The notes under the pieces: model-generated
The model's database searches: none
Seen by the model: the letters and a program-made list of their open reading frames with translations, nothing else
What the model was told of the DNA's origin: nothing
In this document: positions 47,499 through 60,362 of the stretch, in pieces
Numbering within the stretch: position 1 is the stretch's first letter
Layout of the letters: each line of letters begins with the position of its first letter
Program-made: the position numbers and the translations under genes
DNA from: Antedon mediterranea
Lineage: Eukaryota > Animalia > Echinodermata
Length of the DNA: 64,000 nt
Reading direction: 5' to 3'
NCBI RefSeq assembly: GCF_964355755.1
Contig: NC_092672.1
Coordinates: 3,286,001-3,350,000, forward strand

Positions 47499-49442
47499 TA
47501 AGTGTCACACTTAAGATATATTGTCCCCCTGACAATGGTAACAGCAGTATGTACTTGCAGCTATCTAATGTTTTCCCTAATCTGTTTCAAAGGTGTTTCT
47601 TTCCTTGAATGTCTGAATTTTCAGAATGCGGAAACAATTTGGGACGTTATGATCATACGTTTCTTATTTTTTAGGACAATTTTTTTTTATGGAGCGTTGA
47701 CTGTTATTACATTTCTATGTAAAACATTCAAGATTTGAAACCTTGAAATGTAAAGTAAGTTATGGATTTGAGCTCATTTAGCATCTAATGACAGACTGTA
47801 TTTGATCGTTAAAATATAGCCCAAGAGAAAAATATTCAAGTAAAGAAACGCTGCCCATGTATTTAATTGTGTCACGTTACACAGCACCAACGGATATGTT
47901 CATTAAATTTCATGGCATTCAAAATGACGAGGTCATTTGTTAAATATACAGTATTGAGTCAGCAAATACAAAAAGAATACTATTTAAACATGCTCATTGT
48001 TGAAAACAATGTTAATGAACTGAAAATGGTAAAGTTATGTAAATATTAATAATTTCAAAAAGATACATAAGATTCAATAATCAATAATCACCATCTGGGC
48101 ATTTTCAGTGGTATATTTCACATAATTTTAGAAAAATACTTTCGTAGGACCAATATATTTGGTAAAGTAAAGTAATAATGCATGTTTAATGCACTATTAC
48201 ACATGTGTATCCTGCTCACTTGATTGTTTGACTTCTTACTAACAAAACAGCCTTTTTGCTACACAAAAGATACAAAGCAAAACTATGTTTCTCAACTCAA
48301 AAATCAGTTTGATTAGTAATATTGCTAAGCAAAATTCTACCTTTATTGAAAATAACAACCTTTTGAATATTTCCACAACACAACACATGATATATACAAA
48401 AACTGAAGTAAAAATATGTATGCCTCATTTTTTTTTTATTGGATCGACGATAACGAAAACAGTCTGTGACTAGATATCTGTGTTTGTTATCAGATTCGTA
48501 AGGTTATGAAACCTCTTATAAACGTGTGGTCATTGACAACTTTTTAATGAAATAGACTGACAACCCTAGCATATAAAAAGATCTTTAATTATGTTTTGTA
48601 GCACTTGCCCGATGTCGATGTTAAAATTTTAATTAAGATTAGCGAGAAGTACAAACACTAGACGTTCATCCGTCAACACCCACGTTTCATAAAGGGATTA
48701 AATTTAACATTAATTTTGTAAGGTGTTTGGCATCAATATTTGCTTGACTAATCATCATTGTTATTTGAAAAAAAAATCTTTAAAATTGAATCAATTTATT
48801 TCATAATATAATTCTCATTCAAACTTAATATACGAGTAAATTGCTTATCATACTTACTATAAAAATGTATGTCTTCAAAATAATAAGACAACAGATTTAT
48901 AATACCAGTACTGTACTAACATGTGAACACCTATAAAAATGTATGTCTTCAAAATAACAAAGACAACAGATTTATAATACTATACTATAACATTTATTGC
49001 AGTACTCTATACCTCTATAAACATTTATGTCTACAAAAATATCAAGACAACAGATTTAATACCACTAACATTTTACCCAGTTCTTCATATTCTACCTACT
49101 ATAAATATTTGATTCCATAAAAATATCAAGACAACAGATTTAATACCACTAACATTTTACCCAGTTCTTCATATTCTACCTACTATAAATATTTGATTTC
49201 ATAAAAATTTCAAGACAACATATTTATTATAGCAGTACTAACATTTTGTGCAATGTTCCATACGTCTATAAACATTTATTTCTACATAAATTCTGTATAA
49301 GACAACAATTTTCCAGTAATGTTGTACCCAATTCTTGACCCCTGTAATGTTTTATTATAATACAGACCAGTCCAGTTCTTTATATTTGATGCCTTTTGGA
49401 TGTGTTTTTTTTACTATTTTTACCGTCTTATTGTAAGTGTGT

Positions 49443-49845
49443 TGTATTTGTTGTCTTGTTTTGCCCTGCACATGCTTGGTCCCCCCAAGCTGTGGCCTAG
49501 GATGTTTGTTACATTTAAGTATTTTGTATTTGTTGTCTTGTTTTGCCCTGCACATGCTTGGTCCCCCCAAGCTGTGGCCTAGGATGTTTGTTACATTTAA
49601 GTGTTTTGTATTTGTTGTCTTGTTTTGCCCTGCACATGCTTGGTCCCCCCAAGCTGTGGCCTAGGATGTTTGTTACATTTAAGTATTTTGTATTTGTTGT
49701 CTTGTTTTGCCCTGCACATGCTTGGTCCCCCCAAGCTGTGGCCTAGGATGTTTGTTACATTTAAGTGTTTTGTATTTGTTGTCTTGTTTTGCCCTGCACA
49801 TGCTTGGTCCCCCCAAGCTGTGGCCTAAGATGTTTGTTACAGTAC
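49443..49845. repeat. 82-bp tandem repeat, about 5 copies
   Basis: TGTATTTGTTGTCTTGTTTTGCCCTGCACATGCTTGGTCCCCCCAAGCTGTGGCCTAGGATG... with period 82. Confidence 0.95.
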
Positions 49846-50694
49846 ATTCTTATGTTTTTTATTTGAAAAAAGAATGATTTTACATATTTTATACAAAAAT
49901 ATCAATTATAATACCAAAAATATGAACATTTTACCCAATTTTACTATATTTCTACGCAAATATTAAAGCACAAAGACTTTGTTTCTGGATGTTACTGTAT
50001 TATAGGCCGAAAATACGATTAATATGAATGGGATTGCAAAATTATAATTGATACCTTACGTCCCAATCAATAAGTTGAAATGTAATCTTCATCTATGCGG
50101 TCTTAAAGTCCCTATGGCTATATTTAATGATAGGCTTCATTAGCCTCTCATAGGTAGACTCATTCTTAAACAAAGTAACTAACTTGTTATTTATTCCAGT
50201 TCATTTTCTTTATGTTTGGGCGAACAGCATTGCAAAAGCTAGAAATCTTGTTAGCATGTTAAAAGTGGTCGTTGCAAATATTTTAATTTCAAACAGAGAC
50301 CGACTTTAAAATATTGTTTGTCTTTTTATGTTTTTATTTATATATGGCATGGTTCACTCTAGTATACAAAGTTTAACGGTTGAGTTTTTTCTAAGAAAGA
50401 TATTTAGTCAGTCTTTAACTTCAAACCGAAATAATTATCATTTAAATTTTTCTTCTATTTTTCATTATGGTATGGTTGGCTAATAATATATTCAAAGTTT
50501 AACCTTTATTTTTATTCTAAGAAATTTTACGATATTTACAGTAGGTAGTCACAACAATTTTAACTTCAAACCGAAAAAGACTTCAAAATTATTGTTTTAT
50601 CATTTAAATTTGTCTTCTTTTTTCATCATTGTATGGTTTTCATCATGGTATGGTTTGCTGATATTCAAAGTTTAACTGTTCATTTTTATTCTAC

Positions 50695-50852
50695 AGCTCT
50701 ATCTACACTATCACATCACACTTTATGTTACCAAAAAATATGATGTGCCCAAATATGGTAGTGATATGCCTAAATATGATCTGACATCATCATATCTGTA
50801 TATTGGCACATCACATTTTTGTCAAATAAAGTTTGATAGTGTAGACGGGGCT
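50695..50852 (+). mobile_element. Harbinger-like MITE copy
   Basis: AGCTCTATCTACACTATCA...TGATAGTGTAGACGGGGCT. Confidence 0.7.
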
Positions 50853-52068
50853 TAAGATATTTTTTAATGTTCAGCAAGTTTTTGCAAAACATTAGTTAAA
50901 GAAGTGTAGCCTTGAAGAGAAGGAATAACAGGACGCTTCAACAACGTCAAATGATAAGAAGATTATAGTCTTTTCTGCCTCTTCAAATCTCAACAGTTTA
51001 TTGATGGCTGCAAGCCTCTATATCAGCATATCATTACTATTCTGAATATTTCAAAAGGCCAAATTTGAAATACAGTAACTTATGGTTTTTAAAGACACAC
51101 ATGTTTTTTGTATGAAACAATCCTAAAACGAAAAAATAAATAAATATCGTGTAAATTCATATGAGTTGTAACATTTTAATTTTTGTGTGTGTTTTACATT
51201 ACATATCTAATGTAATAAAGAAATTATTTAAAATACAATATTTTTATACAGTAGCCTTCATCTTTATCACAATAGTTTTTTTCAACATGGATGTAACAAT
51301 TTTTTTACTAAATACAAAATATAGAATAAAATAATAATATAACAAACAATACTTTCATTATACCGCAGATCACAAATATCCTAACCCTATTCAAAGCAAA
51401 AAATTAATCAATACTAATATTATATTTACTCGCAAAAAGCTGCCGTCGGCGGCCATCGGGTATGTTTGTGTCATGGGGATGGTTACTCCAGATATATTTC
51501 CTGCAGTTGTCAGACGTTCGGGACCATGGACGACTTTTATATTTATTTATTTTGTTGTATTTAATAATTCAGAACCCTTCAGAAATCCATCGCTAGCTTA
51601 CCTTCGTGAAAATCATTGCTCCAGAAAGAACAATTTCGGCCGGCCATAACATGTGGAGCACCGTGAGCTCGTTCACCTAGTTGTATTGTGTGTGTTAGTA
51701 TAAAATTTATTTTTTTTGAAAAATTAAAACCACTTTAAAAAGCGAAAGCAAAAATATTAGAATATTTATAGAATACATATGTAATATACACATAACAGTG
51801 ATATTAGGGCGTCATTCGTTCACCCACTAACAAGTTTTACAATACTCAATTTTCTCCTAACTCAAATTATAATATAGAGAGAAATTATTATTTAAAGCAT
51901 TACCTATTGGATTACTTTAAATATTTAACACATTTTTATTTGGTAATGATTCATCTTATGTTGTTGATTGACTGAATATGAATCATTTTGCATTCCAATG
52001 TACAGTACGTATGGGTATGTCCATATGGGAAAATATGGTATTTAAAAGTTATACAACCCTTCCTCCTT

Positions 52069-52984
52069 TGGGACACGCCTATAAGGAGACACGCCTCTTA
52101 AGGAGACACTATATCTAGAAATGAATGAGACACTATATATTCCAACACTACAGCCAATCTCTATGTTGTGTACTTCTTTGGGGCACGCCTTATTAATAGG
52201 ACACGTCTTAATAAAGGGACACTTTATCTAGAACTAAAAAGAGGCTATATAATTTAACACTATAGCCAATTTCTATGTTGTGTACTTCTTTGGAACACGC
52301 CTATTAAGGGGACACTATATCTAGAAATGAATAAGAGGCTATATTTTAACACTACAACCAATTTCTATGTGTACTTTGGGACACGCCTATTAAGCGGACA
52401 CGCCTATTAAGGGGACATGCCTATTAAGGGGACACCCCTATTAAGGAGACATTCCTATTAAGGAGACACACCTATTAAGGAGACACGCCTATTAAGGGGA
52501 CACGCCTATTAAGGGGACATGCCTATTAATGGGACATGCCTATTAAGGGGACATGCCTATAAAGGGGACATGCCTATTAAGGGGACATGCCTATTATTTA
52601 TTAAGGAGACATTCCTATTAAGGAGACATTCCTATTAAGGAGACACACCTATTAAGGAGACACGCCTATTAAGGGGACATGCCTATTAAGGGGACATGTC
52701 TATTAAGGGGACATGCCTATTTAAGGGGACATTCCTATTAAGGGGACACGCCTATTAAGAGGACATGCCTATTTAAGGGGACATTCCTATTAAGGAGACA
52801 CGCCTATTAAGGGGACATGCCTATTTAAGGGGACATTCCTATTAAGGAGACACGCCTATTAAGGAGACACACCTATTAAAGGGACACTTTGAATGAGAGG
52901 CTACATAATTTAAAACTAAAGCACTCCTAAAAAAGTGACTTTCTGTTTGGCCTGAAAAGTGTCCCCTTAATAGGTGTTCTACTG
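52069..52984. repeat. 17-bp minisatellite (GCCTATTAAGGGGACAC)n inside a Tc1/mariner-like MITE remnant
   Basis: Roughly 28 tandem units at 52378-52890; inverted terminal copy GTGTCCCCTTAATAGGTGTTCTACTG at 52959-52984. Confidence 0.85.
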
Positions 52985-55900
52985 TGAAGATAAATTATAC
53001 TATTCCATGAGAATTAGTATGAAAAATACTTATTTTAATGTAGTTCTTTCGAGGTCATGCTGTACATTATAATGTATAGCAGCAGAATATTTAGTAATTT
53101 ATTATCGTACTTTAATACTGCAAGTCAACATAAGCAGATTACGGTCTTGTTAATATCCACACTCTGTTTCCTGCGAATGGTAAGCTGCTGCGTTGTCAAA
53201 TATTCTCGTTTAACAAAAAAACATTTGCATGTTATAATGTATTACTCTTCTTAAACCTCATCTCTTGGCCGCTGTTTGAGCAGCCTATATTTAGATCTGT
53301 TATATACCGGATGTTGTATCTGAATTTAAAACCGAAATTATATTATGCAAAATTAATTTCTGTAAATGCAGATTAGTGAGTCCAATATGAATTTTTAAAG
53401 AAATTAAATTTCATAACTTAAGTCGCTTTGTCTCGTTACACTCCTGCAAAATTACTTCATGATTATTAAAATGATCCCATTTTAATCCGATGAAATATCA
53501 CATTTTTTATCCTGAAGATAAAATAACTAAAAAAGAAGACAAACAAATCAAACATTAATTTCTAATTAAATTTACCTTTTTTATGAATATACAAAATCAT
53601 GTCAAACATCAAGAAATTAAAATAAATTTTAAAATTCCAATTTAAAAAACTTGTGTTTGTTTTTTTACTATTGTACTTTTTTGTTTAATATTGTCTTTTT
53701 TATTGTCTTATAATTATATAGAGAAACACAATTTTCAATTTTTTTTTAATGCAAATGATATAATAAATGCAATTGAATTGAAAGTATATGAAGAATAATT
53801 TCCCTTGGACACTATATACAGTATGAGAATTATATAATATTATTTATTTATTTGAATTGCTTTAAAACCCTCCTCTTAACAATAAGATGAACTTTTTTTT
53901 ACAGTTAACTCTGCGACTCTTTTATACACAAATTCAAATTCATAAGAATTTCTATGAATTTCAATTAATAACATTAATTACATGAATTAAATCAGAATTG
54001 TACTCACATGAGTAGAATATTTTACAAATTTCAAATTAATGCTTCAAATGATTCATATTAAAATAATAATTAGAATTTCAAATTAAGAAATAATGTCCAT
54101 TAGTTCTAACAAATGCATATTTTACACCCAATATTAATTTTTAAATTTAAATATGGAAAAGCAAAATACTGTGATTGAATTAAAATGATTCCATTTCCAT
54201 CAGGAGACAATTTTGTTAAATGAGCCATAGAACATTTCCTGCGTTCAAATAAAATTGATAAAATGTTGATGTATTTTGTGGATGTAACAGTAGGCATGCT
54301 AATACAACATGTTATAATGCAATACATATTACGTGTTCACCAAAGCGCTTGCTACATTTTCTTCCAAGATTTAATGTAAGTCTATACTGAAAATCATTTA
54401 CTTTGCATCATAAACTCAACAAAGATCGTTGAATTTGTTAGTGTAGTTTACATTTTAACTGTATTTTTATGCATGAATTTCACATTTGTAAACTAGGACT
54501 CATCGAGTTTATTAGGCAGATAAGTTTATACAGACTGTCTATCCTACATGCATTGATTTACTTTATCGCATACGGTGATATAAATACTTGTATCCTGTAA
54601 AAATTTATAGCACACAACTGAGTCTTAGAATAATATATTTGTATGGGAAGCATAATCTAAATACATGAGAGAGTAATAAAATACTATACTTAAGCGCCCT
54701 TCTCGTATAAGTACCTCCTCAATTTGTTTAAAAAAAACTAAGGCATCTAACAGTATCGCTGCCGTAATTTAGAATTCTCTGCTCCAAATACACATCTATA
54801 GCATTTCCATCACTGCGTTGATTTATAAATCGGTTCGTTTATAAAGTACGTAAAAATACTGATTAATTATACAGCAATATATACCGTAAACCGACTTTGT
54901 TGACATATATAAAATGATTTTGTATTTTCATTCAGTAAAACCTGAATTTTCTTTCATTTCGCCAATTTCATACCTCTCTGTATAGACAATTAATTTGTAT
55001 GCACCTTGGAAATTTACTAAACAAAACAAACCCATTTTCATTTCCTGTTTTATCACTGTTAAGATACTTAGCTGTCATTGATGGATACTTGTATCAGTTG
55101 ACTTGACTGCTGGTGTATTGGAGATATGTTTATATCATGCTATACACTTTTATTTAAATTTTTTTATTTGAATTTTAAATATTGTTTTTATAATGTGCTC
55201 ATATTAAAAACCAAAAAATTATATTAATTCTTTCTTTAATGGGGCCTAAATAACACAAAAAAGGTCCCAGTTAAATAAGAGTCCCTAAAATTTATTTTAC
55301 ATCAAATATTTTATGGCGTTATTTCTGCAGGTATGGTATATTACAAAACAAGTAGAATGGTTGTATCACGTTTGTTACGGAGTATCATGTGAATCATATG
55401 ATCTCATCTATAAAAAAACAAGAGCAATATAGTGTAGCATAACTATATTGGATTTATAGGGCTTATAGATAGTTCACCAACATGAAATTTGAATTGTGAA
55501 TTACACAATAAATATTTTTCGGTTTTTGTTTTTTTATGTTTATTTATTATGTATCACAAACTGAGAACTAAAGATAAAACCAATAAAAAAGAAATTAACA
55601 CTGTAGCTAAATATGTTTTTTTTTTTTTTTTTTTTTTTTTTCGATCTTTTTGCAATCTTTTTTTAACACACTTTTTATGATCGTTTCTTTACCATTCCTA
55701 TTTAATTTTAGAATTATTTCTGTGTGTTGTTTAAATATATACGATTTTTTTTCCTTTAAATTTATATCGATTTAACAGTTGCACTCCCTATGCTGTATGC
55801 CGGAATTTACTAACTACTTTACAACATACAATATAGTCTAAAAACAACAAACACTGCATTAAATTAACTGCTGCATTTTGTGTTTTTTTGTTCAAATTAG

Positions 55901-56421
55901 CTCATTTGCGGTTATATTTTATAACTGAATGTAAGCTTTGACAAGATAATGTTCGCATTTGACATATCCCTTTGCAGAAAACTGAGCCGGGATTTCCGAA
56001 GACATGTAATTGATGTCTTAATAATTTATTGCTGATCGAGCTGAGTACATTTTGTCTGTAGTAATTTGCACAAGTAGAAAATGTGTAAAAATAACATATA
56101 ATTCCGTTTTCAAAAATGTTTGCTGTTCGCTGCATGTCGTCTTCAATGTGAATATAGTCTACTTAAAAGTAAAGACCCCTTCAATATTATAGCCCATTTT
56201 TTATGTATTACTTTGGTTTGATATTACCTTCTTCATAAGTACCTTTTTTTAATTAAATGAATATATTTTTATTTATTTCTTAATATTTACAGATTATTTT
56301 CTATTCTATTGTGCACTTTAGATAATTATTATTATAGTGTAAATTTTAATTATTTTGAAACATTAATAAAAGTGTTCTTAATTGGAGGGTAAGCCCTAAT
56401 TAATGAACTTTTTTTTTATAG

Positions 56422-56479
56422 AAACAATTTTTTCAATTGAAGGAGTTGGAAAAGATTGCGCCGAAAGAGAAAGGAATAA
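56422..56479 (+). CDS. MND1: MND1 coding exon 3 (KQFFQLKELEKIAPKEKGI)
   Basis: Poly-T..ATAG| ... A|GTAAGT; conserved FQLK.LEKIAPKEKGI. Confidence 0.96.
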
Positions 56480-56746
56480 GTAAGTGACGTTGATTTTAAA
56501 TTCAATTTATTTTGGGGCCTTTTTTTATTTATTGATCCATACTGACATTATGAATATTCTCTATAGATATTGATTTATTAAAAATGTATTTAAGAAAACG
56601 CAAAATACACAAATAGTTGAAAATATGAATTTAATTTGTGAAATTTAGACATGAAATTTGTCATCGATTAATTTAGGTGATATGTGCAAAAGCAAAATCA
56701 TCTTAGAATATGTGTGGGTTCTGTAAGTTTTTGTACATGGTCACTT

Positions 56747-56949
56747 TATATTTTATTGTTTTCTATTTTTTTTCATGTATTATACATATTTGTATTGTAA
56801 GGGCCTTCATGAGACAAGCTTCTACTCTAGTGTGGGCCCCAGCTATTATATATTTTATTGTTTTATATTTCTTTTCATGTATTTTACATATTTGTATTGT
56901 AAGGGCCTTCATGAGACAAGCTTCTACTCTAGTGTGGGCCCCAGCTATT
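56747..56949. repeat. 102-bp tandem duplication in an MND1 intron
   Basis: GGGCCTTCATGAGACAAGCTTCTACTCTAGTGTGGGCCCCAGC at 56801 and 56903. Confidence 0.9.
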
Positions 56950-57056
56950 AATAACTGTAATAAATGTGTATGAATGAATGAATACTATATAATACAAAAT
57001 AGATATAATTCTTCACAATAAATATTTCGCTCGGGTTATAAATTCTAATTTGACAG

Positions 57057-57172
57057 ATAGCATGTCCGTGAAAGATGTCGTCCAGAGCCTTGTGGATGAC
57101 GCAATGGTGGACACGGATCGTATTGGCACTTCTAATTACTTCTGGGCTTTTCCAAGTAAAGCCTCTCAAAAT
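57057..57172 (+). CDS. MND1: MND1 coding exon 4 ([39 protein letters not shown])
   Basis: GACAG| ... |GTATGT; phase-compatible with exon 3; hallmark [20 protein letters not shown] winged-helix motif. Confidence 0.97.
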
Positions 57173-57911
57173 GTATGTCATCAATATTCTACCTTCTCAG
57201 TAAAGGAATAGTTGACAAATACAGTGGCGTGATTTTCCAGTGTTTTCAATGATTTCTAATCTATGAAACATGTTTGTAAATCTGGTGAGAAAATTAGGTT
57301 TGGGAGGGAGTGTTAACAGCTAATGCCTTTATGGAGTGAGTGCGGAATTAATCGAGCTTATGTTCACTCCTGGTTATTCAGTGGTGATAGATATTATAAT
57401 TATTATTATTTTTAGAATCTCACAAATTTGACATGTTCCAATAGAGAGATTGTAACATAAAGATAAGGACAAATTTAGCTGTAATGAAGCAGGATGTCTG
57501 TTTTGTCAATTTGTCACATTCATCACTGTCTTGTTATTTTATATATATATATGAAATATGTAACTGTCTAAAACAAATCGTAGAGAGATTTCAACGCAAA
57601 GACTGACCGGATTTAGATGAAGCATTGACACACATCAATTTTACACACATTTCATATAGTTACATTACAGTATTTAAACCATAGAGGGCGGCATCATTTT
57701 AAAATATGTATGTTTCTTCTATTAATTGAAATTGCATCAGGAAAGTAATTTGAGTATTTTGTAAATTTATGGCCAAACTGAAAAGTGTGATGTGGCCAAA
57801 TTTGGTGGTGATATGCCCAAATATGGTAGTGATATGACAGATTTTTAAAATGCGCAAACTAACGTAAACGGTCAAATGATGTCTATTTCAATCAAATTTT
57901 TTTTTTCAAAG

Positions 57912-58019
57912 AGGAAACGAAAAATATTGGAACTTACAGAAGCTTTGGAACAAAATGAAATGAAATTAAAAACAACATCACAAAAAATCCAAGAAGCTAC
58001 CAAAGGAAAAGAAGAAAGT
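57912..58019 (+). CDS. MND1: MND1 coding exon 5 (RKRKILELTEALEQNEMKLKTTSQKIQEATKGKEES)
   Basis: Poly-T..CAAAG| ... |GTAAGT; phase 0/0; coiled-coil segment of expected length. Confidence 0.92.
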
Positions 58020-58176
58020 GTAAGTAAATGACAGGCTTTGACAAAAATTGATTGTCATAGGATTTGAACCAACGACCCTGGGATTGCTATTAAAAGCAAG
58101 TATGTCAACCACCAAGCCATTATGATTAATACAATAACTTATTTAAATAAACTGATTTTCATATTAATTTTTAAAG

Positions 58177-58336
58177 GAGGAAAGAACGAATGTGTTAAAA
58201 GAGTTAAACAAGAAAGAAAAACAGTTGTCAGAAATCTCCTCTGATTTGGAGAGATTTAGAGACTGTGATCCTGAAGTGATTGAGTGTTTAAAAAAAGAGA
58301 GCCACACAGCGTTAGAAGCAGCCAATCGCTGGACAG
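58177..58336 (+). CDS. MND1: MND1 coding exon 6 (EERTNVLKEL...RDCDPEVIECLKKESHTALEAANRWT)
   Basis: TTAAAG| ... G|GTTAGT; conserved EER..L, DCDP and EAANRWT(D) motifs; final exon not seen in the window. Confidence 0.96.
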
Positions 58337-58413
58337 GTTAGTTACTAATAGATTACTCGCGTTATTTTCAATCAATGTGCGACCAACATTTATAAGAGAG
58401 TGACAACTTTTTT

Positions 58414-58652
58414 AATTCAATTCAATTCAAGGAACATTTATTCACGTCCAAAAGACAAAAGTAATAAAAACAAAATGGCAAGTGATAAAACAAGAAAATG
58501 GACGAAGGCAAATCCCAAAAAGATTACAATCTTGTGACGGGATTGCCTTTACAAAATATTTAAATTAAGAGAAGAAAAAAAAATATATATATAAATAAAG
58601 AAAATAAATTAATTAAACAATAAAGAAATACAAAATATATATAAAACCAGTA
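58414..58652 (-). mobile_element. LINE 3' end, inverted copy of about 46038-46287
   Basis: About 240 bp reverse complementary to the upstream copy with only a few differences. Confidence 0.8.
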
Positions 58653-59394
58653 GTCCATATTTTATTGGTTATGGTAAAAACATATCATACTGTATTTACT
58701 GACAAATATGACATTTACATAGACTATAGCATACTAATATATATAAAAATATACTTAAAAATCCTAATTAACAAAATGCCATGGTCAGAGTAAAAACATG
58801 TGATACTGTATTTAGGAATTTTCTATGACACTATATTCAAATATGACATTTACATAGATACACTAGCAGACTAATATGCTATTCTAATCATTTTATGCTA
58901 CTTAAAAATCCCAATTAACAAAATGCCATGATATTCATACGGCTCATTATTTATAGGCTTTTATCAAACAGCAATAAACTCTCTTCGAAGTGTGTGGGGG
59001 CGATAATATATACCACCAATTATTGGGGGTATTTTTAGATAAATTTGTGCGATGGCTTTTGCTTAAAGGACCATGTCAAAATTATTCTACCGCAGAAACT
59101 ACTTGACACTTTATAACATGTTTACACAATTATTTAGAAAGCCTTTTCTTAGTAATCCTACATAATAGCAGTGACTGGCTCATAAACTTTACATTAAAAA
59201 AACTAAAATAGTATATTACTAAAGTTAAAATTTAGTTACTTCATTAAAATTGTTTAAACGATTAAATAATTTTGAAAACTGTCAATAGTACACAAAATAT
59301 AATTATTTTAATATCCAAATTCATAGCTACCAGTTATGTTTATGTTGGTCTTATTAATTTAAGATTTTTTCATCAATTTTTTTATTTAAACTTA

Positions 59395-59524
59395 AGCTCT
59401 GTCTACAGTATTAAACTTTATGTGACAAAAAAAAATGTGATGTGTCCATATATGTGGACATGATGATGTCATATCACTACTATATTTGGGCACGTCACAC
59501 TAGTTTGATAGTGTAAACAGAGCT
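59395..59524 (+). mobile_element. Harbinger-like MITE copy
   Basis: TTA|AGCTCTGTCTACA...TGTAAACAGAGCT|TAA. Confidence 0.72.
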
Positions 59525-60183
59525 TAAATAACCTACCAACTGAAATTTTAATTTAATTCTTAATCAATTTTAACAGCTACTGTAAAGCGTGACGGGGAAT
59601 CTTAATAAGAAATAGTACACCTCCTCCTCTCCTTCCTTCCTTCCGTTGTTCTTTACATTATAAAGTAAAGCCATCAATAGACATGTATAGTAATACTATA
59701 CATATAAAGTACTTGAGTATAAAAGAACAACAGAAAAGATGCACTTGTGGCAACACAAAGCTTCTTCACTTTTGCATTAGTTGTCGAGATTAGTCTTCCA
59801 ATGCATGATGTGGTAATTAAGGCATGTATTTTAAGATGGCTATTAAAGTGAAGTGACATTCTTGTTAATCAACATGCACCACCTATCTACTAATTAGGTC
59901 AGTAACTCTTTTTAATGGTTATTACTATAGCTCCTGGCTAAATCCAGTAATTGCCTATTATTATAACAAGCCAATAAAGTTGATAATCTATAGGATGCAT
60001 TGTTGTTACTATGGTATTGTAATCAGCTGTACAGTACGTGTTGGTTCCTACGAATAGTATCTTTATATTAATTTGTCAATTGTGTTTATGGCTTGCCCAC
60101 TTGGAGTGCGCAATGTCCAGGCTTTACTTGCCCACCAAGGGCGGATCAAGAATTTTGTAAACTGGAAAGCACTAACATATTAA

Positions 60184-60362
60184 AGCTCTGTGTACACTAT
60201 CAAGCTAGTTTTATAAGTGTGATGTGCCCAAATATGGTAGTGATATGCACAAATATGTTAGTGATGTGCACAAATATGGTAGTGATATACTCAAATATGG
60301 TAGTAATATGACATCATGTCCATATGTTTTGTCACATAAAGTTTGATAGTGTAGAGAGAGCC
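60184..60362 (-). mobile_element. Harbinger-like MITE copy, reverse orientation
   Basis: AGCTCTGTGTACACTATCAAG...GTTTGATAGTGTAGAGAGAGC with AAATATGGTAGTGAT subrepeats. Confidence 0.72.

Noticed and set aside
49355-49828. Overlapping Cys/Leu-rich ORFs
   Set aside because: Translations of the 82-bp tandem repeat
53176-53190. ATG|GTAAG as MND1 exon 1
   Set aside because: It lies downstream of exon 2, so it cannot be the first exon
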